From Euprymna scolopes (taxonomy: Eukaryota): 64,000 nt of DNA. Position numbers and translations under genes: made by a program. Position 1 is the stretch's first letter, and each line of letters starts with the position of its first letter. Under the pieces are notes generated by a model that saw only the letters and a list, made by a program, of their open reading frames with translations, did no database searches and was not told the origin of the DNA. Where the stretch lies: the NCBI GenBank assembly GCA_053919585.1, contig CM132786.1, one strand, 5' to 3'. This document shows positions 1 through 13,259 of the stretch, piece after piece.

Positions 1-164
1 ATAAACAAATTCCTGATAAACCGCCCCCCTTAAATAACACACTTTATCAGATCTCCATTACTAACGATATTGTCGCAGTGATTACTGTACACGCAATAAT
101 CTTTATCCCAGAGTGACCTTCGGGCCTTGATAAATGGCGACTACCATGTAAAAAAGTTACGGAG

Positions 165-1445
165 TAAAGTGCTATTACATTTAGGCCAGAGTGACAGAAT
201 ATTAAGAATGTGTTTTAAGAAATACTTATTCTTAATATAATATATCTGTAATTTTAAACATTCACGCATGTTCATTCGTGAAACAGTTAGCAAACAGATA
301 AACACCCGACGAACCCAACTTCACATTTTTTTTTTCAGTTCTGATCCCTTAGTACGCCGTTTCCACGGATGAAAACTGTTTAAAAATTTTCAACATGTCT
401 GAATACATATATACTAAATTTCAAGTCTGTAGATGAAAAATCCGTTGAGTATATAAGTTGAGAAGTGTACTCTCGCACACATACACTTTCTCATTTATAC
501 TAGCAAGCCGCCCAACGTTGCCCGGTTGTAAAATATGTATAAATGTGTTCTTTTATGTAATACAAAGCTGAAACATACACGTGCGAATATTGTTTTTTTT
601 TTTCTAAACATTTAACCAGTAACTAAAAAAATACTCAGGCTGATATTGAATATAAAATTTAAAGACAATAAGTTAAATAAGAGTATCGTTAGGCCGACTT
701 TACACGTTCTTTAAGGTTTTTTTTTAAACATAATTATTTATAAAATAATAAATCTGAAATGCGAATAATTCACGAAAGTGCATTCGTGAAACAGTTAAAA
801 AACAGTCGAAAATCCGACGATCTCCGTGTATAAATTGGCTGCCTTTATCTGATTGAATACACTTTTTTTCACGCGCCTGATTATCTTATAAACCAAATAT
901 CAAGTATACTGGTCAAAAAACCGTTGCGATTATCGGCAGATAAGTATCCTTCTCATTTATAAATATAGTAGATTTACCCTGGCGTTACCCGGTCTTAAAC
1001 ATGACGTAAAATTCTTTAAAAATGGAGGAAAAAAATGAAGGAATAGTCATTCGAGTATAATGTTTCTTTTTAAACACTTCTTTTAAGTATAAAAAGTACT
1101 GCTGAGATTTAAAACAAAATCTAATCAAAGTGAGTCAGATACATTAATCATTAGGCCAGCTTTACACGGACATTGCAAAATATTTTCAAACCTACTATTT
1201 CTTTACATTATTTAAACGATTCACGCGTGCGCAGTCGCGAAACAGTTAGCAAACAGATAACATCCGATCACGATCACTACCATTTTGTCAACTTTCACCA
1301 ATTAGCAGCCCGTTTTCGCTGGCGGACGTCTAATAAAAAAGTTTTTAAGTTTGAGTGCAGTATATACACAATTTTAAGTCTTTATATCCAAAATTCAAAA
1401 GGCTAAGAAATGTCCTCACACACATTATCATATTTATAGATATAT
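165..1445 (+). repeat. Three diverged tandem copies (~460-510 bp period) of a non-autonomous Helitron/Helentron (HINE-like) repeat
   Basis: Shared blocks TTAGGCC..TTTACACG and ATTCACG..TCGYGAAACAGTTA..AACAG recur at ~260, ~770 and ~1220. Unit junctions ACTAG..CCC..CGTTGCCCGG (~499) and ..CCCTGGCGTTACCCGG (~975) resemble HINE/Helitron-type ends. Confidence 0.5.
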
Positions 1446-2016
1446 GGATCAGGCAATATATTCTTTCTAATCACATTTCGTGATTATTAATTATCGAACT
1501 AACGAAGTAGAATGTTTCATGGGGAACAATTTTAATTAAAACGTTATATTTCTTAACTCATCCTTTTCTCAGATTCTACAATATTTTACTGTTAAATACT
1601 TCTTTTAAAACCCTTATTACATTGATTTAAACTATAAAGATTAAACCGGCTTTAATGTTTACACAGAAATAGAGTAACAACGTATTCCAAACATAGACAT
1701 GTTGAGGAGGGAATATTTTCCAGCTCCATCCTATGAGCAATAAATATATCTTTTGTGTTGAATAGCGGAAGGTAAACTGTCGTGCTAAATCAAATATTGT
1801 GACTTTAATACAGACTAGATAAAGCGTTACAAATATATTCAACGCAAACATTGTTTAAACTTCCATAAACTTCATGAAACTCAAAATAATATGTATCAGA
1901 CCGAATTATAGTATTCTACCGTGATAATTACCCTTTCATTTAATTAGAATAAGCATTTATGAAATGTCCAAAATGATAAATCTAGTCCTTTATTGCTAAA
2001 TATCTCATTTTAAGCT

Positions 2017-2434
2017 NNNNNNNNNNNNNNNNNNNNNNNNNNNNNNNNNNNNNNNNNNNNNNNNNNNNNNNNNNNNNNNNNNNNNNNNNNNNNNNNNNNN
2101 NNNNNNNNNNNNNNNNNNNNNNNNNNNNNNNNNNNNNNNNNNNNNNNNNNNNNNNNNNNNNNNNNNNNNNNTTAAAACTTTAGAATCTCTTTAACTTTAA
2201 CACTATTCAAGTTATTATTTGATGACAAATGACCAGGCAAACTAAAAAAAATACACGTTTGCATCTACTCCGTGTAATTATGTAGCATATCCNNNNNNNN
2301 NNNNNNNNNNNNNNNNNNNNNNNNNNNNNNNNNNNNNNNNNNNNNNNNNNNNNNNNNNNNNNNNNNNNNNNNNNNNNNNNNNNNNNNNNNNNNNNNNNNN
2401 NNNNNNNNNNNNNNNNNNNNNNNNNNNNNNNNNN
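2017..2434. other. Assembly gaps (2017-2171 and 2293-2434)
   Basis: Runs of N. Confidence 0.99.
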
Positions 2435-2645
2435 TATAGATACGTTGGAGCCTCAAGATTCGCGGGCATCACTATTTATAAACATATATACATAAAAATA
2501 TATTTAACATTCAGTAACGTACTATCGTTGTTAATCCTTACCAATACCATAGCAAATAACCCGATATGATCAACAATTACCCTATATTATAAATAATTAT
2601 AATTGCTCTCACAGCGAAGAAATATATTTGTCCATGAAACGTTCC

Positions 2646-2648
<3 letters not shown>

Positions 2649-2715
<67 letters not shown>
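2649..2715. repeat. (TA)n microsatellite; similar tracts at ~3625, 10500, 10650, 13200, 14280, 15600, 16400, 23040-23300, 36930, 42170, 50110, 63970
   Basis: Direct reading of the dinucleotide runs. Confidence 0.95.
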
Positions 2716-2717
<2 letters not shown>

Positions 2718-3437
2718 GTAGTTTTTAATTAGCATTATGGCAAAACAGTTAAAACTTTTAATAGCAATTTTTTAAATACTGTCAGAGTAAGCAAACACTA
2801 ATGAGCTTGGAACAATCACCATTAAACAAATATGCGTTTCTCCAGTTTCTTTTTTCCTTTTGTCCTTTTTCCCTGTACTCTAACCCTTTATTTCCTTTTT
2901 CTCTTCTTGTTTCTGCTCCACTTTCTTCTCCTTCCTCTTCCTTCATCATCTTTTATGTCATCCCCCTCCCTCTTTCTCCTTTACGTCTTTTACTCTTTCA
3001 GTTCCTTCGCCCTCCCTTCAATAGTGTCAACTGGTGTGGTAGAAACAGTCAGTTGATTTTGAGTTAATATTAACTTTTTTGCAAAAGAATACCAAAATGC
3101 AAATTGGAAAAGGGAAATAAAATCACACCCACCCTTAACTTACATTTTATTCACGAGTTCATTGGAATTTTAAGAGGGACAGTGAGCAGACACATTGCAA
3201 AGATAACGTCTTCAAGCTCTATCCTCACGTTGACTTTATTAATCCGTAACTATACTCTCTCATCCCTTCACCATTACGAAGAAAAAAAAATCAAATCAAC
3301 CTCGGTTTAACTAAAGCTAAACCCACCCCTGTTTTTTTTTTTCTTCATAAATATTTTCTAACTGCAAGATAACTTTCAGATTCATTACTGACTGCCGTAA
3401 GATAAGCGTGATTGCCTGAAGAGATCTCTAGTAACTA

Positions 3438-3505
3438 AATACTAGAACGAAACATGTTCATGACTGTGTTGCTACACATTCATGAACATGTTTCGTTCTA
3501 GTATT
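3438..3505. repeat. Near-perfect inverted repeat/hairpin (26-bp perfect arms, then an inner 5-bp stem and 4-nt loop)
   Basis: AATACTAGAACGAAACATGTTCATGA (3438-3463) is the exact reverse complement of 3480-3505. The inner TGTGT pairs with ACACA. Confidence 0.95.
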
Positions 3506-3622
3506 ACTGCTTATTAAAAACGAATTAAAAGTATTTTCTTCTGTACCTCGGTATTTATGACTCTTGTATTAACATCGTTATACTTCACTGTTTACCTTAC
3601 CTCAAGAAAATAACAATCCCAA

Positions 3623-3700
<78 letters not shown>

Positions 3701-3989
3701 ACTCCAAAAAAAAAGTTCGCATTTGACATTTTTTTAAAAAACGCAAATTTAAGCTAAATTGAATGTAATTGTTTAAACAACCCATGCCTCATTTCATTTT
3801 CCTTTTATCTCTATAATTTTACCTGTCCATATTTGACTTTTACAAGTAACTAATTAACTTCAAATCCAAAAATAAAAAAAGCAAAAACAAAAAACTTCGC
3901 ACAACGAAAATTGTTAATTAGATGTAACTTTAAAATATTAATACAACACAAATACAACAGCAACACAATAAACTTATACAATTTAGAAG

Positions 3990-4549
3990 CACATTTGAGA
4001 GCCCGCTATCAGTTGGGCATTCCTTGAATTAGTCTGTAGCAAAACTGATCCTCAACCACCTTGCAGCGTTGAAACTGTGTACCTAGGATTAAATTCGTCG
4101 CCCTCTTTTGGTAGTCGCACTGCCTACTATCTCTGCCTAGCCTATTGAACTGGTTTTCATTGACAAAAATCACTTTTGACCAATATGAAGATCATAATCT
4201 TCATTGTATCTGACGAAGGCAGTGCTTTCTCGTAAATTATACTCCTTCAATCTATTCTAAACTGTAGAAATAGAACATATTTTAAGAAGATTATACTGTT
4301 GTTGCTTGATTCGGGAAGTCGTTTCCTATATTTTTCTGAGGCCGGGGATCTTTATAGCATTATGTTATCTGTAAAGAGTAACTCTAGGTCGACCAGATAA
4401 ATAGCATCAAGAACACTACCGGTTTTTGCCCAGTCATCCATATTATTTCTCTCATCATATTTCAATCTGCGTCCGCTTTCTCGATTGGATTAGCCAGAAA
4501 AGTGAACATTAATGGCCTCTAGAAGATCGCTAAGAGAAAAACGAGGCAT
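3990..4549 (-). mobile_element. Degenerate Tc1-family transposase remnant
   Basis: Minus-strand translation across frameshifts gives MPRFSLSDLLEAI, KTGSVLD..SGRPRVT (GRPR motif) and WSKVIFVNENQF (cf. W.xVxFSDESxF). Confidence 0.7.
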
Positions 4550-4752
4550 CTGAACAAAATGCTACGCTGTATATCTCGGTAGACAACAATTACGATCACA
4601 GATAAATTGTTGCCTTAATGGTGGATACTGTGAGTAGGTTATAAACTCATTTGTCGCTGTTGATTTTCATGTTCCTTCTCGATTTGATTTTTTTTTTAAT
4701 TTACGAAAACACTAAGATTTTATTTTAATAAACTATTTACATACTAAAATTA

Positions 4753-5667
4753 TCTATATATCTATAAAAATTAAATTCTTGTGTGTTCGTGGTTGTGCAT
4801 TCCCCTATTTCAATACTCTGTCAATTGTCGGTCTACAGACTCGAGATTTGACATAAGGAAAATTGCGATTTAAGAAAATCTGTTTAATTGTATTCAGCCA
4901 GAAATTTAGCTGTCAAGGGATCAAAGTTCAACAATTTGATCTTTGAAATTCTACCAATCTCCTCCGCAAATTTTGGGTCTAAACACTTAAAATTTAAAGT
5001 GTAGTTTACTGAGACATGAATACAAACTATTTAATTAGAGTTGAGACCTAAATAATGAAAGTTTAAAAGATTAAAATTAGGGTCAAAGTTTTTTTTTTTA
5101 AAATGACCTCTGCAGTCTCTACCAAATTACACAGCCAATCCCTGGTGTTAACAATTTAATTTTTACATAAAGGGAATTCAGAGATAGGGCAAACTGTTTA
5201 ATCGATTTGGGTCGAAAATTGAAGCTGCAAATGTGTTAAAGTTCAAACGATTTGTCCGTTACGGTTTCTTGCAAACTACCCAGTCAATTTTGGCTCTAAA
5301 CATTTGAAATTTTACATATTCAGATATGCGGCAAGTATTTTACTTATTTTGGGGGCGATTTTTTTACTGCTAAAAGGTCAAAGTTGAAAGAGTTGACCTT
5401 TGCAGTTTCTACCAAACTCCTCCGCCAATTTTGGGTCTAAACATAGAGATTTTAGATGTAGATAACGTGGACATGGGGCAAACTTTTAATTTCAATTTGA
5501 GATCAAAACACTAAGTGTTAAAAGGTCAAAATTAGGGTCGCATGTTAAAAAAAATTACCTCAGACAATTTTTGGTCTGAACATGTGAACTTACATAAATG
5601 GCATTCACACATAGGGCAAGTTATGACCAGTACACAGGGCCCGATCTAAGCAGGGCTGTAGTGCTAG
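4753..5667 (+). mobile_element. Non-autonomous Helitron-like element, family A, with internal ~160-bp subrepeats
   Basis: 5' TCTATATATCTATAAAA. 3' GC-rich hairpin (GCCC..GGGC) then CTAG followed by T. Internal repeats of AATTTTGGGTCTAAACA. Homologous copy at 21930-22765. Confidence 0.7.
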
Positions 5668-5769
5668 TAGATGAATAAATAAAACATTCAATTTAGCTTA
5701 AATTTGTAGTTTTGGAAAAAAAAAAATGACAAGTGCGTTTTTTTAGGGGAGACCAATCCCCCTCTCTCT

Positions 5770-7330
5770 GTCTGTCTCTCTTTCCATCCGTGATTGCCCG
5801 AATTTATTCGAACCCTCTACTCTTTTGGCGAGAAGATGTGGCGTGACTGCCTGGGAGGGCGATGTTGCCCCCTATTGAGGAGATTAGGATCCCATGGAAC
5901 CCTAAGTGGGTCCGGGTAGATGTGCTGAGATTGTATGTTAAATGTTGATTGAATCCTGGACAGCGGCGGGTAACCTATCAGGAGAGATAACTTTATTGTG
6001 TTTTGTAAAAACAGACTTATATTTTGCTGTTTGAAAAATGACAGGAGATGTCGGATTAATGCGGAATGAAATCATACATTTGTTTGGCCTGATGAACACC
6101 AGCTCAGACTTTCTTGCGTTCTGAGCGTGAAAGGTGGCAGTGCTGCCCTTTTAGAGCGTGTGAATAGAATTAAGTTTTGATCCCAGATTCGCAGGCTATG
6201 GAAGGCCTGTAAAGGTGCACACACGCAAAAAACTTGGGGATTCCCCAAAGGACGTGTGGAATTTTGATTGGTCAGGAAGAGAACCCCAATCTACACTTTC
6301 CCTTGGTACATAAGCGAATGCCCGAACCGAAATTAGCAGATCGGGTCAAGGCCGAACCGCGAGAGAGGCACACGCTCCCCAAGCACTGCCAACCCCCTCG
6401 CTCCATTGCGTCGCCATCGTGGAGAAAAAAAGAATAAGATTTTATACAGTTTTTCGGGTGTAATCGAACTGAACAAATGTACATATGTAAAAACCTGTAA
6501 TTTTTGTGAATTAACTTTTTAGTAGACTAGAGCCCTCCGAGTCTGTTTTCTTTTTGGATTGCCTGCGAAAATTGACACGAATCCTGCAACACTGAGAATT
6601 TTTTGTTAAGTGTTCCCGGAGAAAGAGGTTCATCGGCGATTGCAGACTGTTTTCTTTATGACTCTGAATGAGACCCAAAACTTTCTGGTGTTTGTTCTTT
6701 TTGTTGACTTTCTTGTGAACTCGTGTGGGCAAGGGGGGCGCTTGTCTGTGGGGTTGCTGTCGCGCTGTGTGTGTGCTGTCTTTCTTGATGAGTGGGCCGG
6801 CGATGGAGGGAGGATACATGAAGGAACTTGGTGCGGATGGCGGTAGGAGGGGTGGAACGGTTTGTTTGGTTTAGACCCAGTGGTCACATAGAGAAAAAAA
6901 AGGCGGAAATGGTGTGACCGGCTGGGAAAGCAATGTTGCTCCCCATTTGGGAGATTCGGATCCTCTGGAACCCTGAGTGGGACCGGTAGATGTGCTGACA
7001 TTGTTTTTTAAACGTTGATTGACTCCCGGACAGCGCTTTTTTATGGCTTACATGCGAATCTAATTGATTTTTTTCAGCGAAAATCAACACGAAGCCTGCG
7101 ACGCTGAGAATTTTCATTAAGCGCTCCCGGAGAAAGACGATCATCAGCCATTGCAGTTTTAACATGATCAGAAGTCATCTGCTGACCTGGGGCGGGAGGC
7201 TTACATAAAGTCAGACCATTAATTCCTTGCGGTATCTTTGTCGTCTACAGAATGCATTTGCTCCTTCTTTTCTTCTGGTGAACAGGTTCATGCAATTTAT
7301 TCCTTGCAGTATCTTTGTCGATCACTGTTC
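5770..7330. repeat. GC-richer unclassified composite repeat with internal direct duplications
   Basis: ~5830-5968 matches ~6903-7036; ~6574-6648 matches ~7085-7157; ATTCCTTGCRGTATCTTTGTCG occurs at ~7222 and ~7299. Confidence 0.6.
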
Positions 7331-9199
7331 TCAGTAAGGGAGTGTTCTATCCGGAAGTAACAAAATGGATTACATCCTTTTTTGTGTTGCACAGGAACAT
7401 TAATAAATTTCTAAAGTTATTCTTGCTGACCACAGTTCATAGTTCAGGATTTTTCCACCTGTAATTGCTGAAATATGTTAATATAAATCCTATCTGACCA
7501 CCATCATGATTTCGATAAAAATAAGAGTGTTTATCATTTTCGATTGTGGTGATCCGGTTCCATATAATCTTTTTTTTTTTTGGCGCGTCTCTGTGTTGCT
7601 GAAGTTCATAATTGAAAGATCATTGGCATACACCGGTATTGAATTCAAATGATGTTATGACGTGCCCAGAAATTTGACGGTACTTAGGATACATCGAAAT
7701 TTTTATGAACGAACAGAGTGCCATAACATTAGTCAGTAAATGATAATCGAATTGGAAAGAATGTTAAAGAACTGGATATTGTAAATTTGTGAGAATTGCG
7801 GACTCAGTTAGAAGACCTAGAGTAAAAAATCAGCTCTTATAAGTTACTTTTGGTTGGAAAGATGTTAAGGATGATAATGGTTCTGATTGCGATGTTGGTA
7901 GCGGCGATATGGTTTGTAAGGAAACTAGTAAAAGGGCTTGACAGTAAGAAACGCCTGAAGTTTACTTGTATCGGCGGTGAATATGGTCCTCGTCAAAATT
8001 AACCGGAAATGAAATGACCCCAACCAGAACATATGTTAGCTTCGACTAGACTTAAGAAGAAGAAAGCACCCTGAACACCAAGATTCAGATGATGAACTAA
8101 TGGAACAAATAAAATTGACTTTGATTTTTTATGTGATTCTTTTACATGAATATGACCCATTGGACTGCACTATATGAACCTTGCACCAAGAAAAGACAAT
8201 AGTCTAAACTGAGATAATTGAATAAAAAAAAACTACATTATAAATGGTTGCCCTTGGCATGTAATTTTTCTATGAAATTAACTAGGAGAATTATACCGTC
8301 AAAAAGAACTCAAGAAAAGACAACTACCTAAGGGGAGATAATTGGAAAGATAAATATAATAGAAAAGGCGAATGGGCGCACCCAAATAAGCTAATTGCAT
8401 TGTTTTGCAGGGAAATGAACTGACAAAACCGTACTGTATGAACTTTAATCCCAAGAAAAATAAAATGGTCCAAGTGGGAGGTGATTGATAACAATTTTTC
8501 AAAACTAATGTAGATAGGCGAGTGTAGTCTTTGATTCAAACTGAACATTTGCGTTTAATAATGAACTAGACAGTGATACACGCGTACCATATTCTTAATT
8601 GTCCATCAAAAGCTGCTCATGCTGAGTAAACTTTAACATATAATAACCTATGCCTGTTTAGTACATGTTGCATAAATTCTAATTCTTTTGGTGTAGATCG
8701 GTAGTCAAAGAAACACCCTGTACAAACTTGTTGACGTTGTTAAGTCATGATGTATCATCGGACGTTGTCTGTCAGCGACTATGAAGCTACAGGACTGGCT
8801 AAAGATTGGTCAAAAACGTATGGGCGCGTTAAACTCAACGCTTTGTCTTTGGGAGTTGGGTGTGCTAAGGGAGCAATGTGACCAAACCGCACATGCTGGT
8901 CGATTTTACATTAATAACGATAAAACAGATCTGAAGTAGAGTTCTTATTCTCTGAACAATTCCGGACAGTTCCCGAGTGCTTTGTTTAATCCATTTGTTT
9001 AGCTGATGACTCAAAACAAAAAATTTTTTTAAATAACTTAGAGGAACGGATTAGGAATTGATAACAATATCGAATAATATCGTTTTATGATAGAAACCCA
9101 TGGGATTTTAGGAGAATATTATTTGTCTAAACGTGGCAGCCAGTATTTGACACGAGGGTCAATACCCGAGGTTTTCTCAGCATGAGCTGCTTTCGATGG

Positions 9200-9470
9200 A
9201 CAGTTAATTAATTAATATGCACAGGTGATATTTCTAAATTGGCCAATCCGAGTGAATCCAATTTTGATAATGCAGCGGCTGATTGGCTGAATGGGACTTC
9301 AGACCTCGTCAGCACTTCCCCCCCCTCACTAACTAGAAGAAAGCATGCAAGATCAAATTTAGCAGTTGAGCAACCGAGTTTAATTGGAGTGTAGACAGTG
9401 TAGTAACCAGCTCCTCCCCACATCCGCCCGCTAACCACCAACCACAGGCAGCAGAAATATCACAAGTATG
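9200..9470. promoter_or_regulatory. Candidate Pol II promoter/enhancer island
   Basis: Apparently TE-free stretch with TTAATTAATTAATATGCA (POU/homeobox-like), CCAAT boxes (GCCAATC ~9242, GATTGGC ~9280), CGTCAGCACTTCC (CRE/Maf-half plus ETS), AGATCAAA (TCF-like) and a GC box CCGCCC, followed by GT/GA microsatellites. Confidence 0.4.
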
Positions 9471-10496
9471 TGTGTGTGTCTCCGTGTGTCTGTGTGTCTG
9501 TGTGAATGCATGAGAGAGAGAGCGAGAGGGAGAGAGAGACAGAGAGAGAGGGGAAGAATATAGAAACGAATCGTGCGTCAAAGTTATAGTTTGTTCTATT
9601 TTCTGAACGATCTGTTATACGAGACTACAAATATTGGTGTTGTAAAACTTACTTTGTTTTTCATTTTAGTCTACTGTATAACAGCATACCATTGTACACA
9701 GGGGTTTTATTTAATAATTAATCTGGAGGTTTTTGTTACACATTGTCTACGAAATCTGTGACTTAACCACCAAACGAAAGAATCAACTCGAGGTAATTTC
9801 TTTCGGGAAACAGCAAAGAAAACGGGGCACTTACCCCAACGTCAGATACAGATTGTGGACTGCCTCACACCTATTTGTCTGAAGATTTGAGTTTGTTTTC
9901 ATTGTTTTGCCCTCCTTTGTTATTTTTTATTTTGTTATTTTACTTGTAGACCACTTGTGAAAAATGAAATAACTGAAATCGCGCATCAAACCTGCTGCCG
10001 TATAAGCGATAAGAGCCACGCTACTAAACTTTCAGCGTGTTCCGAAATCGAAACCACCTAAAACTACACTTACGTGCAAGTGAACAATATTTGGGTTACG
10101 TCTGCGGCCGTTTGGCCAAGTTGTGACTTTTTGAACTCCATAACCGTCTGCCTAGGTTACAATATATATATATATTTCAGTGTAATACTACGCATCTACA
10201 TCAATTTTATAGCTATGCAGTATTCAGTTTAATTTGGTTCAGAGCGAATAAATATATATGATAATTAAAATAAAAGTAATAAATATTTCCTAGATGGAGA
10301 GATACACTAATCAAGCATCCGAATTTACATAATGTACATATACTGCTATCCTTTGTCACTATCTCAAAGTGAAGATGTTTTTAATGCAACAAACACCAAC
10401 TCTGGCACGATTATGGCTCGCCTATCCTGGACTTTGTTCTTTAGTGACGAAGTATTTTTCATTACTTTTTTATTCATGACATAGAAAAAATATATG

Positions 10497-10529
<33 letters not shown>

Positions 10530-10648
10530 ATATTGTTTGAATTTTTCCAAATGGTCTTGAAACAATTGTACCTAACAATGAAATATGCTTTTTGTTGCTC
10601 TGACCTCATTTTTATGTCTTAGTTTTTGTAAAACAGTATATATATATA

Positions 10649-10697
<49 letters not shown>

Positions 10698-11399
10698 CAT
10701 AATTTAAAACGCAAACGTGTTTTCTTAAAATTCGACCGTATAAAATCGATTTTATGTGTTCTAGTTGTGTGTATGTTTTTTGACATTATAGTTTTCTGTC
10801 ACTCTGTAATAACTACTGTCATAAACATTTATACACATTAAAATAAGAACAAAATAAACAAAGAGTTATTATAAAATTTAAACTTACTCTTTACTTTTGA
10901 AAACGACGTATTTTGCTTTCACTCGGAGTTAATGTCTAATTCCACACTGTGAAATATGTAGAATAAAATATGTATTGATGTTACTTGTAATACCACATAC
11001 GCTTTACTTAAAACATATTTTACTAAAAAGAATCAATAAAGATTGTAAATCTCTTTCTTATAACAATTTAGAAATTAAAATACGGTCGAAAAATATAACA
11101 GCCTCTTAAACAAGTCCAGTAAATTTTACCCTGACCTTAACTTAATGACCAATTTTTGTAAACAAGAAAATTGTAAACAGAGTTTATTCCTTATCGAGAA
11201 TAATCTGTTTTTTTTGTATAAAGATAATAACAAAAAATGCATTTAAGTATTTCACGGGTGAAATCTGAGTTGCTACTCCGTTTCTTTGTTACCTTAATGA
11301 ATAAGTGCCATGTTGTTATCCACCTACATTTACTATATAAGCATTATGAAATGTGTTACGTTATTCTATGCTATAACATATAAATCATAATACAATGTA

Positions 11400-12420
11400 A
11401 TTAGTTAATCGCATTGCAATGAACATCAGGTAATAGTTGATGAGTTCTAATAATCCAAATCATAAGGTGGTATATGATCACCAACAAACAAGAGCCGGTA
11501 GTACTACCTTCATCACAAAACTTGCCAAACATTTAAAAATGACGCCTGTATAATAAAAGAAGCCTAAAACGGAAGTACCACAAAATACACAAAGAGATTC
11601 TACTACAGGATTGCAACAGCAGTGTGCTAAATATTTTTATGTTGAACTATCTGATGAAAATTTAGACAAAGAAGAATCTATAGACTGACTACAAAAAGGA
11701 TCACTCTGCTATTAGGAGAGCATAATGATAAGGGGATCCCCTGATTAAGTCTTAATGATCAATGATTTAAAAGAAAAGATGAATTGTCTCAATAATAATA
11801 AGACTTATTCGCCCACACAGTGGCATTCATTTGTAAATTTCTGCTCGGGGACGACCAGCATACAATATGACACAATGTAGTGTGCAAATATCTGTATAGA
11901 ATTTCTCTAGAAAACTGAAGAAATTAAAAGAATGCAGATTGTTTGGGATAATATTCAGAAAAGAACAGTTTGAAATAAGTCATGCACCAAGCATACTGCA
12001 TACAGAATTCTTACAGGTACGTATTCAGAAAACAGAGCTATTAAGCCGAATATGGTGATATAGAACAGAATGGAGAAACACGTGACGCAAGTTGAAGTAA
12101 GAGTCTCTTACAAGTCTGGCATTAAATGATCTGACCGTGAGCAGATAACGAAATATCAAGACCTTTTATATGATATGAAAAAAATGATAGATCGCGAAAA
12201 CTGTATTTAAAAAAGTACATGTTGAAAATACCTAGTGAAACAGGTGCAAAAGAAATACAAACAAGGTACACAAATGGAAGAGTAAGAATAAAAAAATATC
12301 TCTCAGTTGGAGTAACTGAAGCCATGGGTGATTGTTTGGCAGCCAGAAACATCACCAATCCGCACGAAAAACAGAAATAAAGAGAAAATAAAACAAACGT
12401 GAATGTGAAACTTGAATGCT
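11400..12420 (+). mobile_element. Highly decayed 3' part of an RLE-type (R2/NeSL/R4-like) non-LTR retrotransposon
   Basis: Zn-knuckle-like CKF..HTI*HNVVC (~11832), then KPNMVI (~12043), VEVRVSY and TKYQDL, matching the PD..(D/E)..K..KY..L restriction-like endonuclease pattern. Confidence 0.5.
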
Positions 12421-13199
12421 AAATAGGCATCAGTGTCTGAGATTTATAAAGACAAAGATTTGTCAGCACAACTGTGCATTGGAATGATTTTCACTACAAG
12501 TGCATCCTATTTAAATATTGTCTTTGCGACCCCAAATAAGACCTCCATTCCACATTAGTGTTTACGAAAAAGAGAAGTTAGTTCAGATAACAGCACGAAG
12601 CTTGATCTTCTTGTCTAATAATCAGGTAACAACAAAAGACGACTAGAAAGATATAACATATATAAGTGTGTGTGTGTTAGATGGAAAGAGAGAGAGAAAG
12701 AGAGGGGGGAAGTGCGTATCTTATGGTCTCTAAAACGGTCCGGCTAATAGAATAAAAGTTTCACACAAATGTGTGCGTCTTGAATGTGTTTACGTATGTT
12801 TTATGTCGGAATGTATCTGTAAAATATCAAAAATCGGAAATCAAATGAATTCTGTTAAAGAAAGATATTTCACTTTAACTAAAGTTAGCACTTTTATACA
12901 AGCTAGGATCACAAGTGCATTTGGGATTTGTTTACACTGCGCTCGCTAAAATGCCCAACTTATATAATAAACTGTAAGTTATATTATATGACAAGGGTGC
13001 GTACGAAATAAATGTTTAGTTATAAAGAACAATAATACAATGATACTTGACATGTACGTTTAATTTGAGTCCAATTCATTATGCAAAAATAATTTTATAA
13101 AATTAAAAATTGGTTCGTTTGATTACAGAGCGCACTTCAAATTAATCGTTTTTTATTGAGTATAAATGAATCATAATACTTGACATTTTTTCTTTAGAT

Positions 13200-13259
<60 letters not shown>

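Noticed and set aside
2801-3067. Hydrophobic membrane-protein-like ORFs
   Set aside because: Translation of a low-complexity CT-rich tract
6234-7165. Cluster of ORFs in the GC-rich block
   Set aside because: Overlapping on both strands with no recognisable domain; expected from the higher GC content
7980-8722. Tc1/mariner remnant ending GAAACACCCTGTA
   Set aside because: Only a TIR-like end; no matching left TIR or clear transposase motif was found
9842-9882. Intronic hairpin TCAGATA..TGTCTGA as a miRNA
   Set aside because: The stem is too short and mismatched, and there is no known seed
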